Part shown: positions 18,048-26,399 of the stretch, piece after piece
Numbering within the stretch: the stretch's first letter is position 1
Layout: every line of letters starts with the position of its first letter
Origin: Myxococcota bacterium
GTDB lineage: Bacteria > Myxococcota > B64-G9
NCBI GenBank assembly: GCA_022710975.1
Contig: JAKLGA010000009.1
Coordinates: 117,547-181,546, forward strand
DNA: 64,000 bases
Direction of reading: 5' to 3'
The notes under the pieces: generated by a model
Told to the model about the DNA's origin: nothing
The model's input: the letters and a program-made list of their open reading frames with translations, nothing else
The model's database searches: none
Made by a program: the position numbers and the translations under genes

Positions 18048-18812
18048 CTACGAAATCCTGGCTCGGCAGCGGAGGTGGAGCTCGTTCACGCGAGCCCACA
18101 CGGCCTTCGCGAATTCGCTGGAATCTCTGAAGTCCTTGGGATGCAGCGGCGCGCCGACCTCCACGGCCACCTGCTCCCCGGTCACCACCCGGTCCATGGT
18201 CTTGGGCACCACCCGGTAGGTGCCGTCGAGGCCGACCGGGATGATGGACAGCCCTTGCTCGTGGGCCGCCTCGATGGAGCCGGTGCGGATCTCCTGGCGG
18301 AGCTGGCCATCCGCGGAGCGCGTCCCCTCGGGGAACACCACCACGGCGGTCGATTCCTTGCACATGCGCAGGGTCTTCTCCAGCGCCTTGCGCCGGCTCT
18401 CCTTGCTGCCCCGCTTGATGAAGATGGTCCCGCCCGCGTAGGCGTGCATCCCGATGAAGGGCAGGTAGGCGACCAGGTCCTTGGACAGGAAGGCCACCGT
18501 GTCCAGGGCCTCCATGAGCACGGGGATGTCCACGTAGCTCTGGTGGTTGGAGACGAACATCATCCCGCGGCTGTCCGGCCGGGGGAGGTTCTCCTGACCG
18601 GTCACCTCGAGCTTGATGCCGAGCACGTAGCGGCGGACGTTCTTGGCCCACAGCACCATCATGTGGAGCTTCTTGAGGAGCTCCTCTCGCCGGTAGCGCC
18701 GGGTCACGAGCAGGGTCAGGGGCAACGGAACGACCAGGGCGTGGGGTGCAGACGCCGCGGCCGCGGCGACGAACCTGGCGAGCATGTTGAGGTGACCGAG
18801 CTTCAGTCGCAT
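18048..18812 (-). CDS. 1-acyl-sn-glycerol-3-phosphate acyltransferase (PlsC family)
   Basis: NHQSYVD (HxxxxD) and FPEGTRS motifs. RBS GGGAGG 5 nt before ATG 18812. Confidence 0.8.
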   Translation of the reverse strand: MRLKLGHLNMLARFVAAAAASAPHALVVPLPLTLLVTRRYRREELLKKLHMMVLWAKNVRRYVLGIKLEVTGQENLPRPDSRGMMFVSNHQSYVDIPVLMEALDTVAFLSKDLVAYLPFIGMHAYAGGTIFIKRGSKESRRKALEKTLRMCKESTAVVVFPEGTRSADGQLRQEIRTGSIEAAHEQGLSIIPVGLDGTYRVVPKTMDRVVTGEQVAVEVGAPLHPKDFRDSSEFAKAVWARVNELHLRCRARIS

Positions 18813-18942
18813 GGCGACCTCCCGTACGGACATGGGGCGCATACTACTGTCCGTTTGGGTCGCAAGGCAATAGGTTCGTGCTGCACGGGCACTTGCGCAG
18901 TCCCGCGAGCCTGGACATGCTAGCGGTGGAGAGGAGGCGCCC

Positions 18943-19503
18943 ATGCCCGAGGACGCTCGAGGGTTGCGCGTGTGGCTGTGGGCACCGCTCACCGGGCTCG
19001 TCACCGCGGGGCTGGCCCTGGCCCTTCTGCTCGCCTGGCCCCCGTCGCAGCCGGACGATCCGGCCGGGCGCATGCCGGACTTCCTGGCGCAAGACGGCGG
19101 GACCCAGCCGCCCCCGGTCGCGGTCCACTGCCTGCGCCCGGGTGGACCCGGGCCCCTGCCGCAGGCGGATGGCACCTGCCGGGTGGGAGACCTGCTCTCG
19201 ATCAAGGCGGCCACGAGGCGGGGCGAGCACTACCTGTCCGCGGCCTCCCTGGGGCCCGACGGCGCCGTGCGCTGGTACTTCCCCTCCGCCGGGGTGGCTA
19301 GCCTGGTGGTCGGTCCGGGCGGGCTGGCCAGCCGGGGCGCCCTCGTGGGCTCTGACCACCCGGCGGGTCGCCACGCGCTGTTCGTCCTGCTGAGCGCTGC
19401 CCCGCTGGCGGAGGCCGAGGCGCGCCTGGCACTCGAGCAGGTGCGCGCCGGGTGGCAGCCTGGGCCGCGGGTGCTGGAGGCCGAGTTCGAGGTCCTGCGG
19501 TGA
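18943..19503 (+). CDS. Hypothetical membrane-anchored protein
   Basis: RBS GGAGAGGAGG before ATG. N-terminal TM helix. Sits immediately upstream of the kinase gene. Confidence 0.45.
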   Translation: MPEDARGLRVWLWAPLTGLVTAGLALALLLAWPPSQPDDPAGRMPDFLAQDGGTQPPPVAVHCLRPGGPGPLPQADGTCRVGDLLSIKAATRRGEHYLSAASLGPDGAVRWYFPSAGVASLVVGPGGLASRGALVGSDHPAGRHALFVLLSAAPLAEAEARLALEQVRAGWQPGPRVLEAEFEVLR

Positions 19504-19573
19504 TCCCCCCGTTTCGGTTGTGACCCGCGCGGTTGGGTGGTATCCTGCCCCCCGTTCTCCGCGAGGTGCCCAG

Positions 19574-21082
19574 GTGTCGAACCTCGAGCCCGGACAGGCC
19601 TTCGGTCCCTACGAGCTCCAGCGCCGGCTGGCGCGCGGCGGCATGGGCGAGATCTGGCTGGCCGAGCGCAAGGGCATGGCCGGCTTCTCCAAGCAGGTGG
19701 TGATCAAGACCATCCTCGAGGACAACCTCGAGGAGCCCGGCGTGGTGCAGATGTTCCTGGACGAGGGACGCATCGCGGCCAACCTGCACCACCCGAACAT
19801 CGCCCAGACCTACGACCTCGGCGAGGTGAAGAGCACCTACTACATCGCCATGGAGTACGTGCACGGCCACGATCTGCGCGACCTGCTGCTGGTCCATCTG
19901 GAGAAGGGCCAGCTCATCCCGCTCAACATCTTGCTGAGGGTCACGGCCCAGGTGTGCGACGGGCTGCACTACGCCCACCACTGGAAGACCCCCGAGGGGC
20001 TGCCGGCCGGGATCGTGCACCGCGACATCAGCCCGCAGAACATCCTCGTCACCTTCGACGGCGCATCCAAGATCATCGACTTCGGCATCGCCCGCGCGAT
20101 GGCCGGCGCCTCCAAGACGCGCACCGGCGTGATCAAGGGCAAGTGCGCCTACATGTCCCCGGAGCAGGTCCAGGCCGAGAGCCTCGACGGCCGCTCGGAC
20201 CTGTTCTCGCTGGGCGTGGTGATGTACGAGCTGATCACCGGCCGGCGGCTGTTCAAGCGCGACACCGAGATGGCCACCCTGGAGGCGGTCATCCGCACCA
20301 GCATCCCGCCGCCCACCAAGCTCGATCCGAGCGTGCCCAAGCCGGTCGAGGAGCTGGTGCTGAGGGCGCTGCAGCGCTCGCCCAAGAAGCGCTTCCAGAC
20401 GGCCCAGGAGATGCAGCTGGCCGTGGAGGAGGTCATGCAGGCGACCGGCCTGCTGGCCACCTCGGCCCACCTGTCGGCCTTCATGCGCAAGCTGTTCTCC
20501 GAGGACGTGGAGCTGAACCGGGAGCGGCTGCGGGCCCTGAAGGCCAAGCTGCCGGCCACCCCGGGCGCGACGGACGCCGCGGCCCCGATGCTGGAGCGCA
20601 CCAAGCCCTTCGAGGTGGATCTCAGCAAGGGGTTGACCGGCGGGACCGAGGGCATCACCCGCGATCTGCGCGGCAAGCGCAAGGGCAAGGGCCGGGGACC
20701 CACCCCGCTGGCCTGGCTGCTGCTGGCCGGCCTGCTGGCCCTGGTGGCCGGCGGGCTCTTCGTCCTGTTCTACGACTTCGGCGGCCCGGCCGCCGGGACC
20801 GACGCCGGCCTGGCCGGCGAGCCCGCGCTCGACGCCGGGCCCGCCGCGGCCCTCGACGCCGGCCCTGCGGTCCCGGGTCTTCAAGGGACGGATGCCGTGG
20901 TCCCCGACGCCGGGGCGGCCGAGGCGGAGGGGGCCGACGCGGGTGTCCGGCCGCCGGCGGCGGACGACAGGCCCGCGCCCAGGCCGCCCGCGGGCAAGCG
21001 CAAGAAGGTCAAGCCGCCCGTGGGCCCGAAGCAGCCCGGAGATCCCAAGACCGATCCGCTCGACATCAAGCTCGAGCGCTGA
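19574..21082 (+). CDS. Hanks-type Ser/Thr protein kinase with C-terminal TM and Pro/Ala-rich tail (atypical HRDISPQN catalytic loop)
   Basis: G-loop GGMGEIW, VIK lysine, HRDISPQN, DFG, SPE. GTG 19574 has RBS GAGGTG; alternative GTG 19520. Confidence 0.8.
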   Translation: MSNLEPGQAFGPYELQRRLARGGMGEIWLAERKGMAGFSKQVVIKTILEDNLEEPGVVQMFLDEGRIAANLHHPNIAQTYDLGEVKSTYYIAMEYVHGHDLRDLLLVHLEKGQLIPLNILLRVTAQVCDGLHYAHHWKTPEGLPAGIVHRDISPQNILVTFDGASKIIDFGIARAMAGASKTRTGVIKGKCAYMSPEQVQAESLDGRSDLFSLGVVMYELITGRRLFKRDTEMATLEAVIRTSIPPPTKLDPSVPKPVEELVLRALQRSPKKRFQTAQEMQLAVEEVMQATGLLATSAHLSAFMRKLFSEDVELNRERLRALKAKLPATPGATDAAAPMLERTKPFEVDLSKGLTGGTEGITRDLRGKRKGKGRGPTPLAWLLLAGLLALVAGGLFVLFYDFGGPAAGTDAGLAGEPALDAGPAAALDAGPAVPGLQGTDAVVPDAGAAEAEGADAGVRPPAADDRPAPRPPAGKRKKVKPPVGPKQPGDPKTDPLDIKLER

Positions 21083-21099
21083 GCGCGGGGCGAGAGCAC

Positions 21100-24030
21100 A
21101 TGACATCGATGGCCGTGCGCCTGGGGCTGGTGGGCTGGCTCGTGTGTGTCCTGGCCGCGCTGCCGGCGCCCGTGGCGGCCCAGGCCGGGGGCACGACGCT
21201 CGACGCGGACGAGGCCGACGTGCAGTTCGAGCTCGGCAACGCCGCCTACAAGCGCAAGGACTTCCGCAGCGCCCTGTCCCACTACTTCGCCTCCAACCGC
21301 CTGGCGCCGAACCGCAACGTGGTCTACAACCTGGCCCGCTGCTTCGAGGCCCTGGGGCAGCACGTGGAGGCGTACCGCTACTACCAGGTGTTCGGCAGCG
21401 GCGCGCTGAAGGACGCGGAGCGCAAGGCGCTGGACGAGGCGCTGGCCCGCATGCGGCCTTTCGTGGCCTTGCTGCGCGTGGAGAGCCAGCCGCCGGGCGC
21501 GACCATCTTCCTCAACCGGCGGGAGCTCGGCTCCTACGGCCTGACCCCGGCCGTGCTGGCCGTGGCCCCGGGCACCTACCGGGTCCTGCTGGCGCGGGAC
21601 GGCCACCGCGACTTCGAGAGCGCGGCGGCGGTGGCGGCGGTGGGCCGGGAGGTGGCGGTGCGCGGGGAGCTGGCGCGCCTGGTGGGGCGGCTGCGCGTGC
21701 TGGGCGAGCCGGCCGGGGCCGAGGTGCGGGTGGAGGATCCGGCCGGGACCCTGGTGCGCGCGCTGCCCGCCGAGCTGGAGGTGAGCCCGGGCGCGGTCCG
21801 GGTGGTGATCACCCGCGAAGGCTTCCAGCCCCTGGAGCGCAGCGTGCGCATCGAGGTCGGACAGACCGAGAGCCTGGAGGTGAGCCTGGCGCCGCAGACC
21901 GGCACGCTGCTGGTCGAGAGCGCCGAGCGGGACGCGCTGATCCTGGTGGATGGGAAGCCCGCGGGCTTCACCCCGGCCGTGCTCGATCGGCTGCCGGTCG
22001 GCCGGCACGAGGTGGTCGTCCGCCAGGATGGCTTCCTGCCCTTCCGCACCGAGGTGGAGGTGGCCCCCGACGCGCGCGTGGTGGTGGAGGCCACGCTGCA
22101 GATCGTGGAGGACGTGGCCGCCGCCTCGCGCCTCCAAGAGAGCGTGCGCGACGCGCCCGCCTCGGTCAGCCTGATCCCGCGCCGCGAGCTGGAGGCCTTC
22201 GGCTTCTCGAGCGCCGCCGACGCCCTGACCGGCCAGCGGGGCGTGTACCTGACCGACGACGGCACCTACAAGTCGATCGGGCTGCGGGGCTACAGCCCCT
22301 TCGGGCAGTACGGCAACCGCCTGCTCGTCCAGCTGGACGGCCACTCGCTCAACGACGACTGGATCGGTTCGTCCTACATCGGCTTCGACCTGCTCAGCGA
22401 TCTCGGCGCGGTCGAGCGCCTCGAGCTGATCCGCGGCCCGGGCTCGGCCCTGTACGGCACCGGCGCCTTCTTCGGCGTGCTGAACCTGGTGTCCCCCCAG
22501 CGCACCCGGGAGGAGTACGTCTCGGGGGGGTTCGGCCTGGTCGGCCCGGGCACGCTGCGGGGGCGCGCCACGGGCAGCGCCTCCCTCGGCGAGGAGGCGG
22601 GCTTCTGGCTGAGCGCCGGCGGGCTGTACGGGCAGGGGCAGGACTACCGCTCGCCGGCCAGGGTGGGCTCGGCCGAGGCGCCGGACGGGGTGGCCCACGG
22701 GATGGGCGAGGCCGTGGCCGCCTCCGCGCTGGGCAAGGTCTTCTGGCGCGACCTGACCCTGCAGTTCTACCACCACCTGCGCGACAAGCAGGTGCCCAGC
22801 GCCTCCTTCGGCACCATCTTCGGCGACACCCGCACCCACAGCGACGACGCCCGCTCGTTCGTCGAGCTGCGCTACGAGCCCCGCTTCGGCGAGACGTTCC
22901 AGCTCCTCGGGCGCCTGTCCTACGATCACTACGGCTACGACGGCGCCTTCGCCTACGACGATCCGGACGCCGGCCTGGCCCGGGAGTTCTACCGCGGCGA
23001 CTGGACCACCCTGGAGCTGCGCGGGCTGGTCACCCCTGGCTACGGCCTGCGCCTGACGGTGGGCGGCGCGTTCGAGCAGCACTTCGCCAACCCGGGGGTG
23101 GGCGTGTACGGCGCCACCGGCGAGGTGTACTACCGCGAGCTGCACCCGTTCCAGACCTTCGCCGGCTACCTGGTGCTGGACTACGCCCCGCTCGACTGGC
23201 TGGCACTCTCGGCCGGGGCCCGCTTCGATGGCTCGCTGCTGTCCGACCTGCCCGACGAAGCCGGGGGCGTCGAGGACCGCTTCCTGTACTCGGTGAACCC
23301 CCGCCTGGCGGTGATCTTCAAGCCCGGCGCGGACGACACCCTGAAGCTGATGGCCGGCACCGCCTTCCGCGCCCCGTCCATCTACGAGCTGACCTACTGG
23401 GACGGGGGCCTGACCCAGGTGCAGAGCCCGGGGCTCGAGCCCGAGGGCATCTACACCGGCGAGCTGGAGTACACCCGCCGGCTGCCCGCGGGGTTCTCGA
23501 TCACCGCGGCGGTGTTCCTGAACTACATCCAGGAGCTGATCGCCCAGCGGGGCTCCGGTGACGAGAGCGACCCGCTGTACTACGTGAACCAGGACGAGGC
23601 GGTCTGGACGCTGGGCGGGGAGCTCGAGCTGCGGCGCGAGTTCCGCGAGGGCTGGATGCTGGGGCTGCAGTACTCCTACCAGCGCACCCGCGTGGACGGC
23701 CTGCTCGACGGCGCCGAGCTGCCCAACTCGCCCGAGCACCTGGCCGGGGTGCGGGCGGTGGTGCCGCTGGCCGGGCGCTACCTGCAGCTCGCCACCCGGC
23801 TGGCCGTGGAGGCGGGCCGGCTCGATCGCCAGGGCGGACGCACGGGCACGGCCGTGCTGTGGGACGCCACCCTGTCCGGGGAGCTCGACGCGTTCGGCCT
23901 GCGCTACGCGCTGGGCGCGCGCAACCTGCTCGACTGGCGCGTGGAGCATCCGGTGGGCGAGGACATCCTGGACCTCACCCAGCGCCAGCCCGGCCTGGGG
24001 CTGTTCCTCGATCTGTCCTGGGCGTACTAG
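21100..24030 (+). CDS. Outer-membrane TonB-dependent receptor-like protein with N-terminal tandem PEGA domains
   Basis: Signal peptide. Three or more PEGA-like units (PPGATIFLNRRELG, AGAEVRVEDPAG, ALILVDGKPAGFTPAVL). Plug-like region LIRGPGSALYGTGAFFGVLNLVS. Long beta-barrel-like C-terminus ending LDLSWAY. Confidence 0.7.
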   Translation: MTSMAVRLGLVGWLVCVLAALPAPVAAQAGGTTLDADEADVQFELGNAAYKRKDFRSALSHYFASNRLAPNRNVVYNLARCFEALGQHVEAYRYYQVFGSGALKDAERKALDEALARMRPFVALLRVESQPPGATIFLNRRELGSYGLTPAVLAVAPGTYRVLLARDGHRDFESAAAVAAVGREVAVRGELARLVGRLRVLGEPAGAEVRVEDPAGTLVRALPAELEVSPGAVRVVITREGFQPLERSVRIEVGQTESLEVSLAPQTGTLLVESAERDALILVDGKPAGFTPAVLDRLPVGRHEVVVRQDGFLPFRTEVEVAPDARVVVEATLQIVEDVAAASRLQESVRDAPASVSLIPRRELEAFGFSSAADALTGQRGVYLTDDGTYKSIGLRGYSPFGQYGNRLLVQLDGHSLNDDWIGSSYIGFDLLSDLGAVERLELIRGPGSALYGTGAFFGVLNLVSPQRTREEYVSGGFGLVGPGTLRGRATGSASLGEEAGFWLSAGGLYGQGQDYRSPARVGSAEAPDGVAHGMGEAVAASALGKVFWRDLTLQFYHHLRDKQVPSASFGTIFGDTRTHSDDARSFVELRYEPRFGETFQLLGRLSYDHYGYDGAFAYDDPDAGLAREFYRGDWTTLELRGLVTPGYGLRLTVGGAFEQHFANPGVGVYGATGEVYYRELHPFQTFAGYLVLDYAPLDWLALSAGARFDGSLLSDLPDEAGGVEDRFLYSVNPRLAVIFKPGADDTLKLMAGTAFRAPSIYELTYWDGGLTQVQSPGLEPEGIYTGELEYTRRLPAGFSITAAVFLNYIQELIAQRGSGDESDPLYYVNQDEAVWTLGGELELRREFREGWMLGLQYSYQRTRVDGLLDGAELPNSPEHLAGVRAVVPLAGRYLQLATRLAVEAGRLDRQGGRTGTAVLWDATLSGELDAFGLRYALGARNLLDWRVEHPVGEDILDLTQRQPGLGLFLDLSWAY

Positions 24031-24049
24031 CGGGGAGGCGGGGAGTAGA

Positions 24050-25144
24050 TCAGTTGCAGCCGGCCGGAGCGCCGATCACGCCCTCGACGAACTCCATCAT
24101 CGAGAGCTTCTCGTTGTCGGGGATGTCCACGCCCTGGGCCACCCACACGCTGCCGTCCTGCTTGTTGATCGGGCCGTAGAACACGTCCCAGGTGCCGGCC
24201 ACGAGCTCGGCCTGCTTGGTGGCCACCTCGTCCCGGACGGCCTGCGTCACCGCGTCGTTGTAGGCGCCCACGGCCACGATGCCGTCCGCGATCGAGCCCC
24301 AGTAGCTGTGGCTGGTCCAGGTGCCGTCCTTGACCGCCTGCACGCGGCGCGAGTAGTAGGGGCCCCAGTGCCAGACGGCGCTGGTCAGGATGGCGGTGGG
24401 CACGAAGCTCAGCGTGTCCGAGTCATAGCCGATGGCCCAGGCGCCGGCGGCCGCGGCGCGCTCGGCGGTGGCGGTCGAGTCCTGGTGCTGCGCCAGGAGA
24501 TCGCAGCCGGCGGCCAGCAGCTCGTCGGCCGCGGCGGCCTCCAGGGTCGGATCGAACCAGGTGCAGGTCCAGCGCACCTCGACCGTGGCGGTCGGGTTCA
24601 CGCTGCGCACGCCCAGGGTGAAGGCGTTGAGCATGCGGATGACCTCGGGGATGGGGAAGGCCGCCACGTAGCCGATGCGGCCGTTCGTGGTCATGCGCCC
24701 GGCCACGATGCCGGTCAGGTAGCGGGCCTGGTACATGCGGCCGAAGTAGTTGGCCAGGTTCGTGCCGGCCTTGTAGCCCGAGCAGTGCTCGAACTTGACC
24801 TCGGGGAACTGCGCGGCCGCCGTCTCGGTGGGATCCATGTAGCCGAAGGAGGTGGTGAAGATGATGTCGTTGCCGTCCGCCACCAGATCTGCGAGCACCG
24901 GGCCGAGGGCCTCGGCGGTCTCGGCCACGCTGTCGACGTAGGTGGTCTCCACGTCGTCCACCTCGAGCTCCACCTGCAGCCGGCCCTGGTCGTGGGCGTA
25001 GGTCCAGCCCAGATCACCGGGCTGGCTGATGTACACCCAGGCCGCCTTGGTCGTGGTGTCCTCGTCTCCGCCGTCGTCGCAGGCCGCGATCAGGCCGCCG
25101 AACGCAAACACGCCCAGAACCACACCCCACATCTTGGAACGCAT
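24050..25144 (-). CDS. BMP-family (Med/PnrA-like) ABC substrate-binding lipoprotein
   Basis: Lipobox LIAAC. Conserved BMP-family layout. Confidence 0.8.
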   Translation of the reverse strand: MRSKMWGVVLGVFAFGGLIAACDDGGDEDTTTKAAWVYISQPGDLGWTYAHDQGRLQVELEVDDVETTYVDSVAETAEALGPVLADLVADGNDIIFTTSFGYMDPTETAAAQFPEVKFEHCSGYKAGTNLANYFGRMYQARYLTGIVAGRMTTNGRIGYVAAFPIPEVIRMLNAFTLGVRSVNPTATVEVRWTCTWFDPTLEAAAADELLAAGCDLLAQHQDSTATAERAAAAGAWAIGYDSDTLSFVPTAILTSAVWHWGPYYSRRVQAVKDGTWTSHSYWGSIADGIVAVGAYNDAVTQAVRDEVATKQAELVAGTWDVFYGPINKQDGSVWVAQGVDIPDNEKLSMMEFVEGVIGAPAGCN

Positions 25145-25170
25145 GTCGTCCTCCCTCTTGCGTTTCCCTC

Positions 25171-26397
25171 TTACTCGAGGGCTTCGATCCGGTCCTGCCG
25201 GATGGTCCATAGGTCCACACGCCCGTCCATCAGATCCCCCCGCTCGTCCATGTCGACCGTCCCCGTCGTCCCCTCGTAGTCGAGGTTCATCCCCTGAGCC
25301 GCCAGCTCCATGGCCTGCTCCAGATCGTTCCAGCCGAGCTGCTCTCCGGGCGCCGAGGCGACCTGGCCGACCTGGTCGCGGATCGCGGCGCCCGAGGGGG
25401 CCGCGCCGGACTCCTCGGCGGCCCGGGCCATGGCCAGCACCAGGACCATGGCCGCGTCGTAGTAGAAGTAGGCCGCGTTGAGCGGCGCCTCGCCCTCCCA
25501 GCGGCTGGCGAAGTCCTCGGCGAAGGCGTCGGTGATCGAGGCCTGCCCCAGCGCGGGCGCCACGCCCACCGCGCCGTCCAGGACGCCCGGCGGCACGTTG
25601 TCCAGGAACACGTCGGCCTTGAGCGCGGGCGCCAGGTAGAAGCGGGCCTGACCGCCGCGCACGCTCCACTCCTGGACGATCTGCGCCCCGGTGCTGGCGT
25701 AGGACATCAGCGCGATGGCGTCGGGCTTGGACTCCAGGATCGGGGTGAGCAGCCGGTTGAAGTCGGGCGGCACCCCGGGCTGGAAGGAGACCGAGGTCAG
25801 GGTCTGGATGTTGCGGCCGATGAGCTCGTTGACCAGGATGTTGTTCAGCCCCAGGCCGTACAGATCGCCGACGTAGATGATCTGGGCCAGGCGCACCCCG
25901 TCGGCCTGCATCCGTTCGGCCATGGCGCGGCCCAGCTCGCGGGCGGTGGGGCAGGTGCGGAACCAGAAGCCGTTGTCGGCCAGCGTGCTGAAGAAGGGCG
26001 AGGTCACTCCGCCCGAGATGACCACCACGTTGCGGGTGGCGGCCACGGGCGCGAGCTGCTTGCCCATCTCCTCGTCCTGGGGCCCGAGGATGGCCACCAC
26101 GCCCTCGTCCATCAGCTCCTGGGCGGCGTCGAAGCCGCGCCTGAGATCGGAGTGGGTGTCCTTGGTGACCAGCCACAGGGGCCGCCCGGCGATGCCGCCG
26201 GCCTCGTTGACCTGATCGAGGACCTGCAGGATGGCGCGCTCGATGTTGGCGCCCTCGGAGGCGATGTCCCCGGTGAAGGGCAGCAGCGCCCCCACCTTGA
26301 GGGCGTCCGCGGGAGGGCCTCCGGCCGGCTCCACGCAGCCCGCGGCCAGGAGGATGAGGCCAAGCGCCAGCCAGGCCGGGCAGCGTTCGGTGCTCAT
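25171..26397 (-). CDS. Periplasmic substrate-binding protein, type I (LivK-like / Peripla_BP_6)
   Basis: Lipobox LAAGC. LivJ/K-like fold motifs. Start 3 nt from the TBDR stop. Confidence 0.75.
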   Translation of the reverse strand: MSTERCPAWLALGLILLAAGCVEPAGGPPADALKVGALLPFTGDIASEGANIERAILQVLDQVNEAGGIAGRPLWLVTKDTHSDLRRGFDAAQELMDEGVVAILGPQDEEMGKQLAPVAATRNVVVISGGVTSPFFSTLADNGFWFRTCPTARELGRAMAERMQADGVRLAQIIYVGDLYGLGLNNILVNELIGRNIQTLTSVSFQPGVPPDFNRLLTPILESKPDAIALMSYASTGAQIVQEWSVRGGQARFYLAPALKADVFLDNVPPGVLDGAVGVAPALGQASITDAFAEDFASRWEGEAPLNAAYFYYDAAMVLVLAMARAAEESGAAPSGAAIRDQVGQVASAPGEQLGWNDLEQAMELAAQGMNLDYEGTTGTVDMDERGDLMDGRVDLWTIRQDRIEALE

Positions 26398-26399
26398 GG

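Noticed and set aside
19537-21099. N-terminal 520-aa extension of the 1497-aa ORF overlapping the kinase gene in another frame
   Set aside because: Arg/Pro/Gly-rich nonsense. The kinase frame has full Hanks motifs. True start of the PEGA-TBDR gene is ATG 21100 with a signal peptide.
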